Counted from the stretch's first letter, positions 1-12,190 are shown. The stretch is DNA of 64,000 nucleotides from Haplodiscus bocki (GCA_965655095.1 OZ296659.1:3720001-3784000), one strand, 5' to 3'. Program-made: numbers and translations. Notes: a model not told the origin generated them from the letters alone.

Positions 1-2
1 AA

Positions 3-1370
3 GAATATGAAGATGAATTTGACGATTATAGAAATGAAAATGTTGATGAAAAAGAGAAATATATCAACGAAAAATTAAGTAATCTCAGACTGCATAAATT
101 AATACAACGAATAGAACTAATTCGTTTATTATGGGATTTCGATGCTGTGTCGTTATATCCATCTGCTATGTGGGATATGAAATCAATATATCCTAGAATA
201 GAAACTGGTTATGCTTTTTCAACAGACTTGAATGATGAACTCCTTGAAAAATTCAATACTGGTATCTTTACTTAAGGATCTGCTATTTTAAAAATAAATT
301 TTACAATCCAAAAAATCTAAACGTTCAGCCATCTTGCCGTTAGAGAACGAGTAAATAAAACAGAAAATAATCGAATGAGAAATGGTTATATATTAGATAC
401 TTTAACTAGTGTAGGTATTCAAGAATTTGTTAAAATCGGTGCTAGAGTAGTAGAAGTCTTTGAAGGTGTTATTTATCGAGAGAATTTTAAAGTAAGTTCA
501 TTTAGAAAAGTTATTGATAAATTATTTGCTTTAAGACAGAAATACAAAGATGAAGGAAATCATGTTATGCAATTATCAGTAAAATTAGTAGTGAACAGTT
601 TATATGGAGAAAACATACGCAAAGATATTGACGAAAAATTTGCTTGTAAATCAGAAGCTTGGATGATGAGTGAATATGATGAACGGGTAAGAGAATATTG
701 GAAGATATCAGGTATTAATTATATTGTAAAAATGATTGATGACGTTGGATTAGAAGATGGGGTTAAAAAATTGAATACTATGCCACTTCACGTAGGCGCT
801 TTTGTATTATCAAACAGTAAAAGAATTATGAACAAATTCAGACACGCAATTAATGGTTTTTCTACAAATGATGTTTATTATTCTGATACCGATTCCTTAT
901 ACATTGAAAATAAACATTGGGATAAATTAGATAGAGCAAGATTAATTGGTAAAAATTTATTACAAGGGAGAAACGATTATAAAGACGGAGGTATATTTTA
1001 CGGACTGTTCCTAGCACCGAAAATAAAAAATTGTTTAACTATAAATAAATATGGTGTTATAGACGAACATAAGACTTTAAAAGGACTCACAAATGACTCT
1101 GATAATTTAGACAGAAAAGAATATTTTAATATGGCCAATGGTGGTAAATTAATTGCTAAAGTACCTCTTAGTTGGAAAAAATCTTTTAGTCGAGGAGTTG
1201 TTATTCCACATAAGATGAGAAATTGTGGTGATTGTGAAAAAGATATTCTATGCGATAATTGTGATAGAATAGTCAATCAAAAGAAAAAATTCTCAGCTAA
1301 TCTCAACGAATTAAAACGAGAACCTCCTAATAAACTTGGTCATATGCTCCCTAAGTATATAATCACTTAA
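3..1370 (+). pseudogene. Protein-primed B-family DNA polymerase (pPolB), C-terminal half
   Basis: Motif A WDFDAVSLYPSAM (~132-170), motif B KLVVNSLYGE, motif C YYSDTDSLYI. In-frame TAA at 273-275 and two compensating frameshifts at ~298-330, then an open 331-aa ORF at 375-1370. Confidence 0.92.
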
Positions 1371-1390
1371 ACAAATTTGTTAACTTATAA

Positions 1391-1540
1391 ATGGTTGTAA
1401 AAATAAAAGAATCCTTTGAAAGGAATAGACATGTTGAAAATAATGACAAATCTAAAAAATACATTTTACGAGGACATAGAAGTGTGAGATATCATGAAAG
1501 AATTCTGTCAAATACAAAGAAATTTTATGAGTTTTCTTAA
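1391..1540 (+). CDS. Small basic hypothetical protein of P1 (49 aa, MVVKIKESFERNRH...KKFYEFS)
   Basis: Clean ATG-to-TAA ORF just after the pPolB stop, in TATAAATG start context; no recognisable domain. Confidence 0.4.
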   Translation: MVVKIKESFERNRHVENNDKSKKYILRGHRSVRYHERILSNTKKFYEFS

Positions 1541-1920
1541 AAGAACAATTTCATTTGTTTGAGCTAGAACATTTCAAAAAATATTTGTTCGAGCTAGAAC
1601 ATATACCCTAACATTTGATCGGGGAATTGTTCGGCGCCAGAACAATGACCTAAAAGTTTGTAGACGAATTTTTTATGATGCAGCTGGAAAAAGAGGAATG
1701 TGTATGAATTTTTTATTAGTGGAGAGGAAAAAATGATGATGAATTTTTTATTAGTGGAGTGGAAAAAAAGGCGAGGCGTAGCCGAGCAATAATATAAGCG
1801 AGAGGCTGACTGGAAGGAAGCCGGTGAGGAACGAAGTGACGAGCGAGCGTGGATGTTGCCGGATATTATCAGTGGCTCGATGGTGATGTTAGTTGAAAGC
1901 GAACGAGCCAGAGAGTTACT
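1541..1920. repeat. Probable right terminal inverted repeat of P1 with internal tandem units
   Basis: TGTT(C/T)GAGCTAGAACA x2 plus TGTTCGGCGCCAGAACA; duplicated ATGAATTTTTTATTAGTGGAG..GGAAAAAA; hairpin-rich last 150 bp; ends in ACT. Confidence 0.55.
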
Positions 1921-2491
1921 GGTTTTATCCGCAATATCCTATATTATTTCCGTGGTAGCCGGGCGTATTGTTCTTTGTTTTAAATGCATTTTGACATAAT
2001 TAGGAAACCGAAAACATTAGGGTAAATTTCTAGGCATTGAGAAATGCCAGAATTTTGAAAGTAAGAGATCAAAGCGCTTGTGTAATATTTCGGTTCGTAT
2101 TCATGTGCACTTATTATTGGCGATATTTACTATGATGATCAACAATTGTCCAAAAATTTTTTTGAACGCTGTTGATTACCACTAATTAGATATAATGAAA
2201 TCTTCGGTCCGAATTTGTCTCTGGTCCGATTTTGGCATTTGGCCCGAATTGTCGCATCACTGTGAACGAAGTAGAGATTTTTGTTTCGTATTTCACTAAA
2301 GTGTGCGCAGTAGATACATAGATTAAAGGAAGATTTTGCTCTCGTGGGAAAGTATAAATTGATCGGAACTATTAGGGCCATGTTGGAACATCAAACTGGT
2401 GCACCGTGTGTCCTCTAATATAGGTCGCACTCCTAAGTCATCTCTTCAATTTTGATAGCGGCATATTACAATCCATCCCCTGAATATAACG

Positions 2492-3956
2492 CCCTAGTAT
2501 TACGACAATGCAAATCCTGCAAGAATCTTTCAAGATTTCTTGCAAGGTCTGGGAAGATAATGCTTCATTCTTGCAGGAATCTTGCAAGAGTCTTACAAGA
2601 TAAGCTTTTATCCTGCAAGATTCCAGCAAGACAAGCATTTTTCCTGCAAGATTCTTAAACGAAATGCATTTTTCTTTCAAGGTTTTTATTGTTCAAAAAA
2701 CTGAATTTCCGGAAACAACTCATTCTGCGTTTTTTTTCGGGACTTCATTTTCACTAATTTGACAAAATTTTGCAAATAAATTCCAAACGGCATTTCTTTT
2801 TTTAATGGAGAATTTTAAAATTCTTGCCGATTAATCTCTCATCACGTCTGGCATCTCAATCAAACTCTCTTAGAGACTATGGAAAAAAGGAGGAAAGAAA
2901 CGGTCAATTATTAGACAACATAATAAAGAGACACCAAATCGAATATTGAAAGAAATTATCCAAAAACTCCGTTCTAGAGTTGGCTGCTGAGGTACCATAA
3001 CTTTTTCGTCATCGGGACTGTCTGCTCCTGCGTTTTCATCAATGCCCTCGTCCAACTCATCATCGGTGATTCATTCCGAACTCTGAGAGCATCTGACCGT
3101 CCCATTGTATAAGCGCGCACTAAAACATCGAGCAAAATTTCCTCACTTCTGACAACTGTGCCGTAAGACTGTCATAGTTCCGATTCACGGAGCAGAAGTG
3201 CTGATTTTTGAGATCGAAGGTCTTTTTTATTCAGGAGGCTTTCGGTTGAGACCTTGACAACATTTTCGAACCCTGTAATTTTGGAGAAAAACTGAACTCA
3301 AGCGTCAAAGAAATTCAAAAGTAGCTGCGTTTCTGGTCATTAACGTAATGTGAGGATCACAGAATGATCCAGCAAAAAACTTTCGAAGTAATTTTGTATA
3401 CGTGCATTGCGACAAATCAGGATAAGCAACAAAATCTAATACCAAGAAGCAGAAGAAAAGTTCAATTTTCATTAATAGTTTTTAATTTAGTTTTTGAAAA
3501 TGTTTAATGTTTTTGTTGGTTTTTTAGGAAAATCAAAAGTTTTTCCAAACTCTTAACTCCAGTGAATCCAATGTTCTCCTTTCGAAAAAATTGTTTGGAC
3601 GGAAAACCATAAAGGAAAAATTTGACGGAAAATCTGGAGCCAGAAACCCTCTGGTTTATTTGAAGTGAGTATAGTTAATAAGGTTTTTCAAGCAAATTAG
3701 TGTGAAGGTATGTGTTTTGGAGGTTTATTTAAAGTGTTCCTGAACTTTTTTCAATTAAGGATGTTCCGGCAAAAGCACGCTCAATAATGGTTGTCCTAGA
3801 AGACACTTGCAAGGAAAAGAATTTTTCTCGCAATATTTCCTACCGCTGCCAGATTCTGGCAGGAAAAGCATTATCTGGCAGAATCTTGCAAGATTTGCAT
3901 TGGTAGTAAAAAATCTGCAAGAAGCTTCCAAGATATGGATTCAAGTTCGTGTGGGG
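2492..3956. mobile_element. Non-autonomous DNA transposon-like element with TCTTGCAAGA-rich inverted ends
   Basis: 2500-2655 (TTACGACAATGCAAATCCTGCAAGAATC...GATAATGCTT) is an inverted, diverged copy of ~3800-3909 (AAGCATTATC...GAATCTTGCAAGATTTGCATTGGTAGTAA). Superfamily and exact ends are unresolved. Confidence 0.55.
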
Positions 3957-4733
3957 CGTCGCGTTATGTGATATTATTGAAGCACAAGTCCTCATCAACA
4001 CACTTACTGTGGAAACTCGCTAGTTACTCTCAGCCGATAAACAACATTGTAGTGTCAGTGTTGTAGACTTACAATTTTTTTAGAGTAGCGACCTCAGTGA
4101 TAGAAAAGCTCTTCCTGAAAATTATTCAAATGAATTACATAATATTTTTGACGGTGATTAAAAATTAATTGATTACTGATTGTAGAAGTAACTGTAAAAG
4201 TACACATTTTTCGCTAACGTTACTTTTTTAAGTATAGGCCGTCCCTTCGAATTTAAATCGTGGTCGTTTTTCACAAGCTTGAATTTCACGCATTGCACGA
4301 GATGACTCATGATTGAGGAAAAAAGGTAGATTTACGATCCGTGAAATGTTCGCTCAAAGCGTTGATTCAAGCGAAGTGTGAACCGAAATTTCTACAAGCG
4401 CAAACAATATACGCACTCAGAAAAAGCAGTCGCTTAAAGCGGTACTTGAATCAATCGCGGTGCTGGATGAATTTTCAAATTCTCACAGTATTTATTTAGT
4501 CTAATTTATTCAATTTTCTTTTTATGACGGGAGTTTTTGTAAAATGATGTCGTTTAAAATTTTCTTAGTGATGACCAAAATTTAAAGACTAATTTTGTTT
4601 TTTCAATTTACTAATGTACCCTTTAATTATTCATTCCAAAAATTCCACACCCGCGTTCGATCTATTGTCACAACCGCTCAATCGTATAACAGCTTTTAAA
4701 TTGATGAATGACTAATTAGTCTTTTGTTTTCAG

Positions 4734-4806
4734 CGAGGAACTCATTAAGCGACAGCTCTATGCCAACAAGCGGCATGAGCGAGAAAGGATTTTAGAAGGC
4801 GCTTAA
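4734..4806 (+). other. Candidate stop-containing (terminal) exon, EELIKRQLYANKRHERERILEGA*
   Basis: Branch-like GACTAAT (4710-4716), polypyrimidine tract and CAG acceptor, followed by a GC-richer 23-codon open frame. Parent gene unknown. Confidence 0.35.
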
Positions 4807-5324
4807 GCGTTGAAAAAAGGATAGTTAGTGAGCGAGCAATTCACTGTTTATGATACACTTCAATGTTGCATAAAAAACATCACTTATCTTTTTTCTTGGC
4901 TGAGTTTTTCATGAACAAACAAGCCGAGAACGGCCCAAGTCGGCGCTGCCGGCTAGACTCAAAAATACATGAATCGGGGTGTGTCAAAATGTTTCGCTAT
5001 TTGGAAAAAAATTGGGTTTTTGTATTCTTGTACCTAATATGCATTTCCAGGCTTTGGAGAGTTCTTTGCAGTACGGCTAAAGACCTAGGACTCCAATGAT
5101 AATCTGTAGAATTTTTGCAGAATTTCGTCGATTTCGATTTCTTAAAAACAAAAGTCACAGCCATAGTCGTCATTTTTTTCTTTTAAAAAACGTCGACTAA
5201 AAATTCATCAGGTGAATTTTCTGAAGCATTTGAAACAAGGTGTTCTGGGTGTTCACGTTTTGTGCTCACGCATTGACAAGTAATCTCCGTATATTTATTT
5301 CCTTCTCGAAAAATATTTTAACAG

Positions 5325-5580
5325 GCTTCCGATTCTATTAGCTGGAAACAGTGTCGTGTTCAAACACGGTTCAAACTTCTACGAACACTTCTACTCGCAG
5401 CTGCAACCGTGGGTTCATTACATTCCTTATAAGGTAGATCTGTCAGACCTTTTGGACCGAATCAAATGGGCCAAACAGAATGACGAAAAGGCTAAACAAA
5501 TTGCCACAAATGGAAGGAAGTTTGTCCTGGAAAATCTCACCCCTAATTTGATTTATTGTTACTACTACCGCGTATTAGAG
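5325..5580 (+). CDS. POGLUT2: Protein O-glucosyltransferase 2/3 (KDELC, CAP10/GT90) internal exon
   Basis: Bounded by ttaacag| and |gttagt. Encodes LPILLAGNSVVFKHGSNFYEHFYSQLQPWVHYIP..DLSDLLDRIKWAKQNDEKAKQIA..IYCYYYRVLE, closely matching the KDELC1/2 C-terminal region as I recall it. POGLUT2 versus POGLUT3 cannot be distinguished. Confidence 0.93.
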
Positions 5581-5689
5581 GTTAGTTTTAGCATGTTTTC
5601 TATTTCTTAAGCGAATTGTTAGCAAAAAAATCAACTCTTGACCCTGTTGTTAAATTTGGTATCCACGAAATGAAAGTGTCATTTTTCAG

Positions 5690-5803
5690 ACGTACACTTC
5701 GAGGCAAGTCGGGACGCCTAAACTGCACGAACGAATGGAAGAGATTCCTCAGCCTGCTCATAAGTGTGACTGCTCCCAAATAAAGAACAGCCGTGTCTCC
5801 AAA
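5690..5803 (+). CDS. POGLUT2: POGLUT2/3 penultimate coding exon (TYTSRQVGTPKLHERMEEIPQPAHKCDCSQIKNSRVSK)
   Basis: tttttcag acceptor after a 109-bp phase-0 intron. Retains the family's Y..Q...P....M.....CxC tail. Donor AAA|gtaact at 5803/5804. Confidence 0.88.
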
Positions 5804-6193
5804 GTAACTTTTTGAACGTTTTTTACTTCAACTTTCAAGCTCAAAAAAAATCTTACTTCGCCAGAAAGTATAAAAAGCCCTTTAAAAAGTTTTCCTTTCT
5901 ACACATTCTGACTGAAAGAAAGAATGTGTATTGGAAACCGGTTGATGCTTAGTTTTATCCTGTCCAAAACTTGGAATTTTTTGTCGTAATCAGAGAGTCT
6001 ACTCATCTAGTCTAAATGGTCAAACCGGCCATTTTTGACAGACGCTTTTTAATTTTTACGTTGTTTATTGTGCAAACTTCTTAAACATTGGGTAGAAAAA
6101 TGGCATAACCTGAAAAGACATGACTGACATGAGAATAGTTTGAATATGAGACAGTGTGGGCAGTCTATTGGGTGTCCCCAAAAGACCTACCTG

Positions 6194-6575
6194 AGTAGTT
6201 ACAAGAACCGAATTTGACTTCAGACGCGAGGATGCACTGCGTCCACGTCCTATGACCAATACCACATCCAAATTCGGCTACACAACTAAGACGCAGACTC
6301 ATATATTTTTCAATGTGTAATTTATGTATCAATGGGCGTACACAGGAATGATGATAAAAAATGAAACCTAAATTTTATGAAATTATTTTGTTATGAAAGA
6401 TCGTTTTTACATAAAATTTTTCCGAATAGTGCATCAATGGGGATACACAATAATGATGATGAAAAAAAACTTGTTTTTTTTTTGAAAATTGTTTTCACAG
6501 AAATATATTCTGCATAGTTTTATGCCAGCGGAGCTGACAGTACACAAAGTGTACATAAGTGGGAGTATACAAATT
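6194..6575 (+). repeat. P2 left TIR
   Basis: Near-identical inverted match to the right end (GACTTCAGACGCGAGGA.GCACTGCGTCCACGTCCTATGACCAATACC), then ~110-bp tandem units with an ATCAATGGG..TACACA core. Confidence 0.9.
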
Positions 6576-6608
6576 CATACAACGGTACAATTCTGAGAAC
6601 ATAGAATA

Positions 6609-9400
6609 TCAATTCCAAAGTGTGCTTTCAGTTTTACCTAACTGATATCGTTTTTCATCAGAAGCAGATAATGCTTTTTTACGTATTTTTTGAAGATGCA
6701 TATCATGATAAATAGATTTTATAAAATAATTATCACATTCTTTTTGATATTCGTTTCCAAATAAACAATTATAATTTCCTTCAAACCTAATTAATTTCGT
6801 TTCTGATTTAGAAAAACTCTTTTGATTATTAGTATTTTCATTTCCACATTCGAATAATTATGCTTTATCTCTTAAACAAATAAAATCGTCTATCCAAACA
6901 TTTTTAAGAGTTTGAATTTTGAATTTACCAACCACCTTTTCGTTTTCATTTCTGAATAATTTACTTTCTTCGTTTAAATTACTAAAATTAAATAAAGCAT
7001 CCAGATTACATAAGTCGCTAATAAAATCGTGTGTTTTTACAGTTGAAACGAAACTATCTGTATCCATGTGATTTAATTGAATATTTTTTGTCCAAAGTAT
7101 GCTTGAAGATTATCATAATATGTTCCATACATTAGTAGTTTTGATAGTTCTAATATAGTAAATCCTATATGTATTGGTTTATCCCTCAGAATTTCGTTTT
7201 GTTCATATGTATAGCTATCATAATTGTCATAGGATTTACGAATACTAATGAATGTTGTCTTTGATTGCATTTTCAATATTTTGTCATCATCATCTTTTTT
7301 CATGAATTCTATTTTTAATCTGTTTCTAAAGTTTTGCATGAATTTACCATAAAAAGAGTAAACCATACATTTAGGAAAATCTTTATGAGAATCGATTTTT
7401 TGCTGCAGCTTGTCTCATGAGTATTAACATTTATGTATTTCTCTAACCATTCACTTTATATAAACGAAATTACATCATAAACTTTTTCAACAACCATACC
7501 ATGTTTAACATAGAATTTTTGAATCCTATAGTGAATCAATTTTTTTTGTCACTCCAATCACGAAGTAGTTTTTTACATGGTGTGTAAGTATTCGATTTCC
7601 TTTTAATCATATTGAGAGTGAACTTATAGATGTATATATAAATCGTCATTCTTTTTGTCAAATACTTTTTGGAAGACTAGATGACAATCAAAGTCACTAA
7701 AATTATGAAACGCTATTGGAATGAAATTACTTTGTTTCTGTTTAACGTTTTTATTAGATTTTTCATATGCTGGACCTCTATGCTTACCTGTCAAATGGCA
7801 TTGATCTCTAAACTATTAGAACCTATATTTTTCCAGAAAATCCTCAAATTTTATTACTTCTATATTGTTCATTATCTTCTTTATTCTTTATACTATCTTT
7901 CTTTGTGTTTTTAAAGAACGAATTCACTTTGTTTCTTGATCTTATCACTCCATTAACAAACCAATTTACATTTTCTCATCCTGAAGGAGATCTATAAAAT
8001 ACACTTTGCGGAACATCATAGAAATCTGAAAATTTTTACTAGCCATTACTTTACATACATGTATTTGTCCATGAATATAGTTGTTTTGTCTCCTATAGAA
8101 GAATTACATATTTCATTATCAGCTTCAAAATCTGCGTAAACTCTAAAGTATAGTGGATTTTTTGAAGATGTTTTCTCCAATATAGATGGGATTCGTTTGA
8201 TGTTTTAATAGGCGTTGTTTCTTGTTGTTCACAATTTTGTTTTTGCCTTAATAGAGACTTTTCATTTTTATGAGAACTTGAACATCGTCTACTTACATAT
8301 ATAGAGTCTTTTTTACCTGAAAATACATGTAACTTTTGTCGGTTAAAACAATGGTTTTTATATATCAATAAATCAACAACTTTATCCGAATCGTTTTTAC
8401 TGTTTTCAATTGGAATTAATTTATGTCTCCTTTCATTTCCATCTTGACAAAATTTTATTTCAAATATTTTGAAAGATACTTTATTTTCTCAAATATATAT
8501 ATACATCACTATATTTAAATCCAGTTGAAAAATCGAATCCTTCAATGTTTAATCCATTAAAGTAATGTGTATAAGTTGATACTCTATTAGGATTTGTTTT
8601 TTCACCGCGATGAAGATGAGCTAAGATTGATCAAAGTAATCAATTTTCTTCATCGTTTCCAATATTTTAAATAGCTGGACTAAATATTCGGATTTTCTTA
8701 TATAACTCAAACCTTTCAATTCACTAGTTTCATAGAAATATTTTGTCACTAATATGATTTTGTCAAATCTCCAATCAATATCTTTTAATTCCTGATTTTG
8801 TATTTGTCTTTCTAATTGAGATCGAAGGCCAATGATATCAATATCCGACTGTGTTAACTTTTGAATAATATATAAACTTTTTGATAACTCAGTTTCATCT
8901 AGTATCTGATCATTTTCATCCTGTTCATCAAATCTTGCTGAAAACACTGTTTGATTTTCCAATTTATATTGATTTTTTTTATTCCTGCATCTATATTACA
9001 CATGTATTCTATATAATCAATCTTTTTATTTCAAACATGTGTTGTGGTGTAATGGTAATTTTTGAGTTATTATGAATAATATGATGACTACCTAAAGCAG
9101 TAATAAATGCAACAGATTACTTTTTAGCAATATAATAAAGACTAATCATTTTTTTGGCGATTTTTGTAAGTAGTTGTTTATCATGTATATCAAATTTTTC
9201 TCCTGCTATTTCTTTTCATTTATCGGGATTATATCTTTTTGGTTTGATTTTATCAATTCGTTTGTTTCATGAAAAAAAATAGATTGAATAATTTTTTCAC
9301 CTTCCAAATGCTTTTTTTTCAAATGATTTGGTAGTGATGCTCTATGAATATCAGTATTGCAAACATAACATTTACGGCATGGTTCATTTTGCGTCTCCAA
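6609..9400 (-). pseudogene. P2 pPolB with N-terminal Zn finger and endonuclease-VII-like insert; internally deleted
   Basis: N-terminal CYVCNTDIHRASLPNHLKKKH; RSQLERQIQNQELKDIDWRFDKI; VRDQCHLTGKHRGPAH (~7765-7812); motif B SFYGKFMQNFRNR; KPIHIGFTILELSKLLMY; motif C MDTDSF. Motif A region appears lost at a deletion near 7635. Many stops and frameshifts. Confidence 0.9.
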
Positions 9401-10677
9401 TTTTTAGTATAAAAGAAGCTTGAAAAGATTTTCCTGCAACCTCATTTTTCTGCCCCTTCTGATAACTTGAAAATTATAGTGTCATACAATTCATAGTGTT
9501 TTTGTCTGGAAAAAATTCATTAATAACGAAGTTTCGTCCATAATCATGGCTATACGCTGTACATTTTTCTTATAAGAGCCTTCTTCAAATTGAAATTTTG
9601 CGTTTTATCTGTGGTAATTCATCTCATCAAAATGGTTGCTAATATCCTGATAAAGTTTCAATTTTGTTTTACCCTTCAAGTTTTGCAATTTCTTAGTCCT
9701 ACAACTTATTGTTTTGTACTTTGTGTTCATCTTAAAAAATCCGTTTCCTTAATCTTTTTTTAGCATAGGGTAGTCTTCTAGAGAAGTTTTTGTTCTGTCT
9801 ACGTACTTTTTATCTACCTGTTGTTTTTATTTATTAACAAAAAATTCACAGTTCTGTCAAAATTAAACTTGATCAAACTCTATGATTGAGCGTTGTTTAG
9901 CACAAGGACAATCTCAGTCAAATTTAGTTTGTTCATCAGATTTTTGCTTTTTGTTCGATTTTCTTCTTGAAAAGAATTCAACTTCTAATTTGTCATTTTC
10001 ATTTTCAGTAATTTTTTGATTTCGTCTTGTTTCTGTTTCATTACTACCTCGATATTGTAATCTGAGAGACTTTGGTTCATCTTACTTTCGCATTATAATG
10101 TTTTCAATGGGCTGAATCATCAATGTTTTTTTTGATTCTATGTAATACTTATTGTTCAAAATTTTCCTACGAAAGCGGATAAAATAGAAGCGGATAAAAT
10201 AGATCAAAGTATTTTATATTTTCGTAGTATCTACAGAAATATGCAATCCATTTCTATAATCTCACAGAATTATATCGACTTTTTGAAGTACATTTTGCTC
10301 TTCTTGACAAAAATTTTGTTCAAATGTTTCATCTATATTTCTTTAATTTTCAACAGTTTCTTCTTAAATGTTTATCTTATTTTTTTAATGTTGTTGTTTT
10401 TTCAATCAATTTATCATGATCATCACCATCAAAAAAATTTCATACACCAATACAACTACAAAATTTTTTCTGCCTATTCTAACCGAGTGATGAAATTTAT
10501 TTTTTTTACGTTGAACTTTTTAATTTCATTTTTTGCTTTTATAATTTCATATCCGGGTGAAAGACACTTCCATTTATTTTCATGTTGTAATATTGTATTT
10601 CTCAATCAATGCATGCATCGTTTAAAATATTTTTCAACATTTTGGTGTCCGGTTATTTCCATATATTATTAATTACT

Positions 10678-11522
10678 TTTTCTAATCGAATTTAGTTTTT
10701 TGATAACTTGACTGTTTTCGTCTAAGCTTAATTTTGTTGGTCTTAATGATATTTTTTATATCTTTTGAATAAACAGTTTGTTCGGTCTGAGGGAAGTGTA
10801 CTGTGTTTTACTCCCGTTAGTGTATATAATATGTAGCGCCAACTTGTACTAACTCTTTTTGAGAAGTTCTTTTAATATCTGCAGTTGTAAATAAATCTAA
10901 TATAATTATTGGTTTAAGTTTTTCTATTTTGTCTTGGAGATTGAAATATACTGTTTTTTCAGTTAGTCTTTTAGAAGCTTCGATTGGTGTCTTTTTCGTT
11001 GAGTGGTGAATGGTGTCCTTGTACTTTTTCCTTATATATGGTAATTCACTTATCCAATTAGCATTTCCTTTTTCATATACTGTTTTTTCGAATAAATTAC
11101 GTATCCTTCTAATGACTTGTTTTGCTCGAGAAGGTCTTTCATCAGTAAATCGTGAGGTATGTTTATTAATGGGGCTGAAGAATTTTTAAAAAGTTCTTTT
11201 ATAAAATTCCTTCCGACGATCGCTTTCTTTTTGTTTGGGTTTCGTTTTGAAGTAGTCAGAATAATTGAACTTTCATCTGTTATTGTTTGACTATATTTGT
11301 TTTTCAAGGAACCACACCAATCCTATTTTCAGAAGTTATCACTGATGATGAAGATATAACTAAATCCTTTGTTGTTTGAAATGCTTTATTCTGATATGTC
11401 CATGAAATCAATAGACCATTTTTCATCAAAATGAGTATAGATTATTTTATTCATTAGAGAATTTCTTTAGGAGCGGTACTTTATATTTCATCACTGAAAA
11501 TCTTAGTCAAGTCCCTCTTCAT
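10678..11522 (-). pseudogene. P2 retroviral-like (rve/DDE) integrase
   Basis: MKRDLTKIFSDEI...WSIDFMD...KNKYSQTITDE...IHHST..TPIEASK...DLFTTADIK...LRPTKLSLDENSQVIKKLN, read across frameshifts. Confidence 0.85.
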
Positions 11523-12190
11523 TTAGTTTGAGGGATTGATAACGTTTTTGAATTGTAATCTGAAATCGAGAAAACTGAGTTTTCTACCTTTTTTGAGGTG
11601 ACATTTTTTAAAGAGGGTTGAGTATTGATTCAATTGAAAGCTGTTGTCAATTCTTCACCTTTAGATACATCAAATGAAGAAATTGGTTTTACATGATCGA
11701 TTTCAATAATTTTCCGGTTCATGTTTGGTGTCATTTGAAACTCTATCCATTTTCTATAGATTTCAATACCTCTTCCTATTATATCTATGGAAGAAGATGA
11801 TTTTAATTCACCATTTAGAGCGTGATAGATCCTGCATTTTGTGTTATGACCGAAACGGAAATTAAGATCCGTTTGAATTTTGTTTTTGATATCTTCATTC
11901 ATTTTTCCTGTTTTCGGATTTGTTTTTTCCGTTTATTATGTACTAAATCGAGATTTGAAAATACATGATCTAATTGTTTCGGAGTTACTGTATCGTCTTT
12001 TTCATCATATCATTTTTTCTGATGATTGAGTTCTAAATCACGATTTTCATTACAGTTATTTTTCTATAATCTTACTCACATTTTTTACTTTGTGGGTATA
12101 GACCATTTTTCCTTTTTCTGTCTTTATGAAACTTAATTTTCAATCAAATTGATTTTCATTTGAAACATCTTTCAACTAGATCCTATTCAT
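11523..12190 (-). pseudogene. P2 HNH-type endonuclease
   Basis: QTDLNFRFGHNTKCRIYHALNG...WIEFQMTPNMN...EIDHVKPISSFD...AFN*INTQPS...H. The DH..P / N / H pattern resembles HNH proteins of large DNA viruses. Confidence 0.7.

Larger units (their letters stand above)
1..1920 (+). mobile_element. Polinton/Maverick element P1, right end (truncated by window start)
   Basis: pPolB-type polymerase, then a small ORF and a repeat-rich, GC-richer terminal segment ending ...GAGAGTTACT at 1920 (reverse complement starts AGT, like the P2 and P3 termini). The left TIR and TSD are outside the window, so the end is inferred. Confidence 0.8.
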
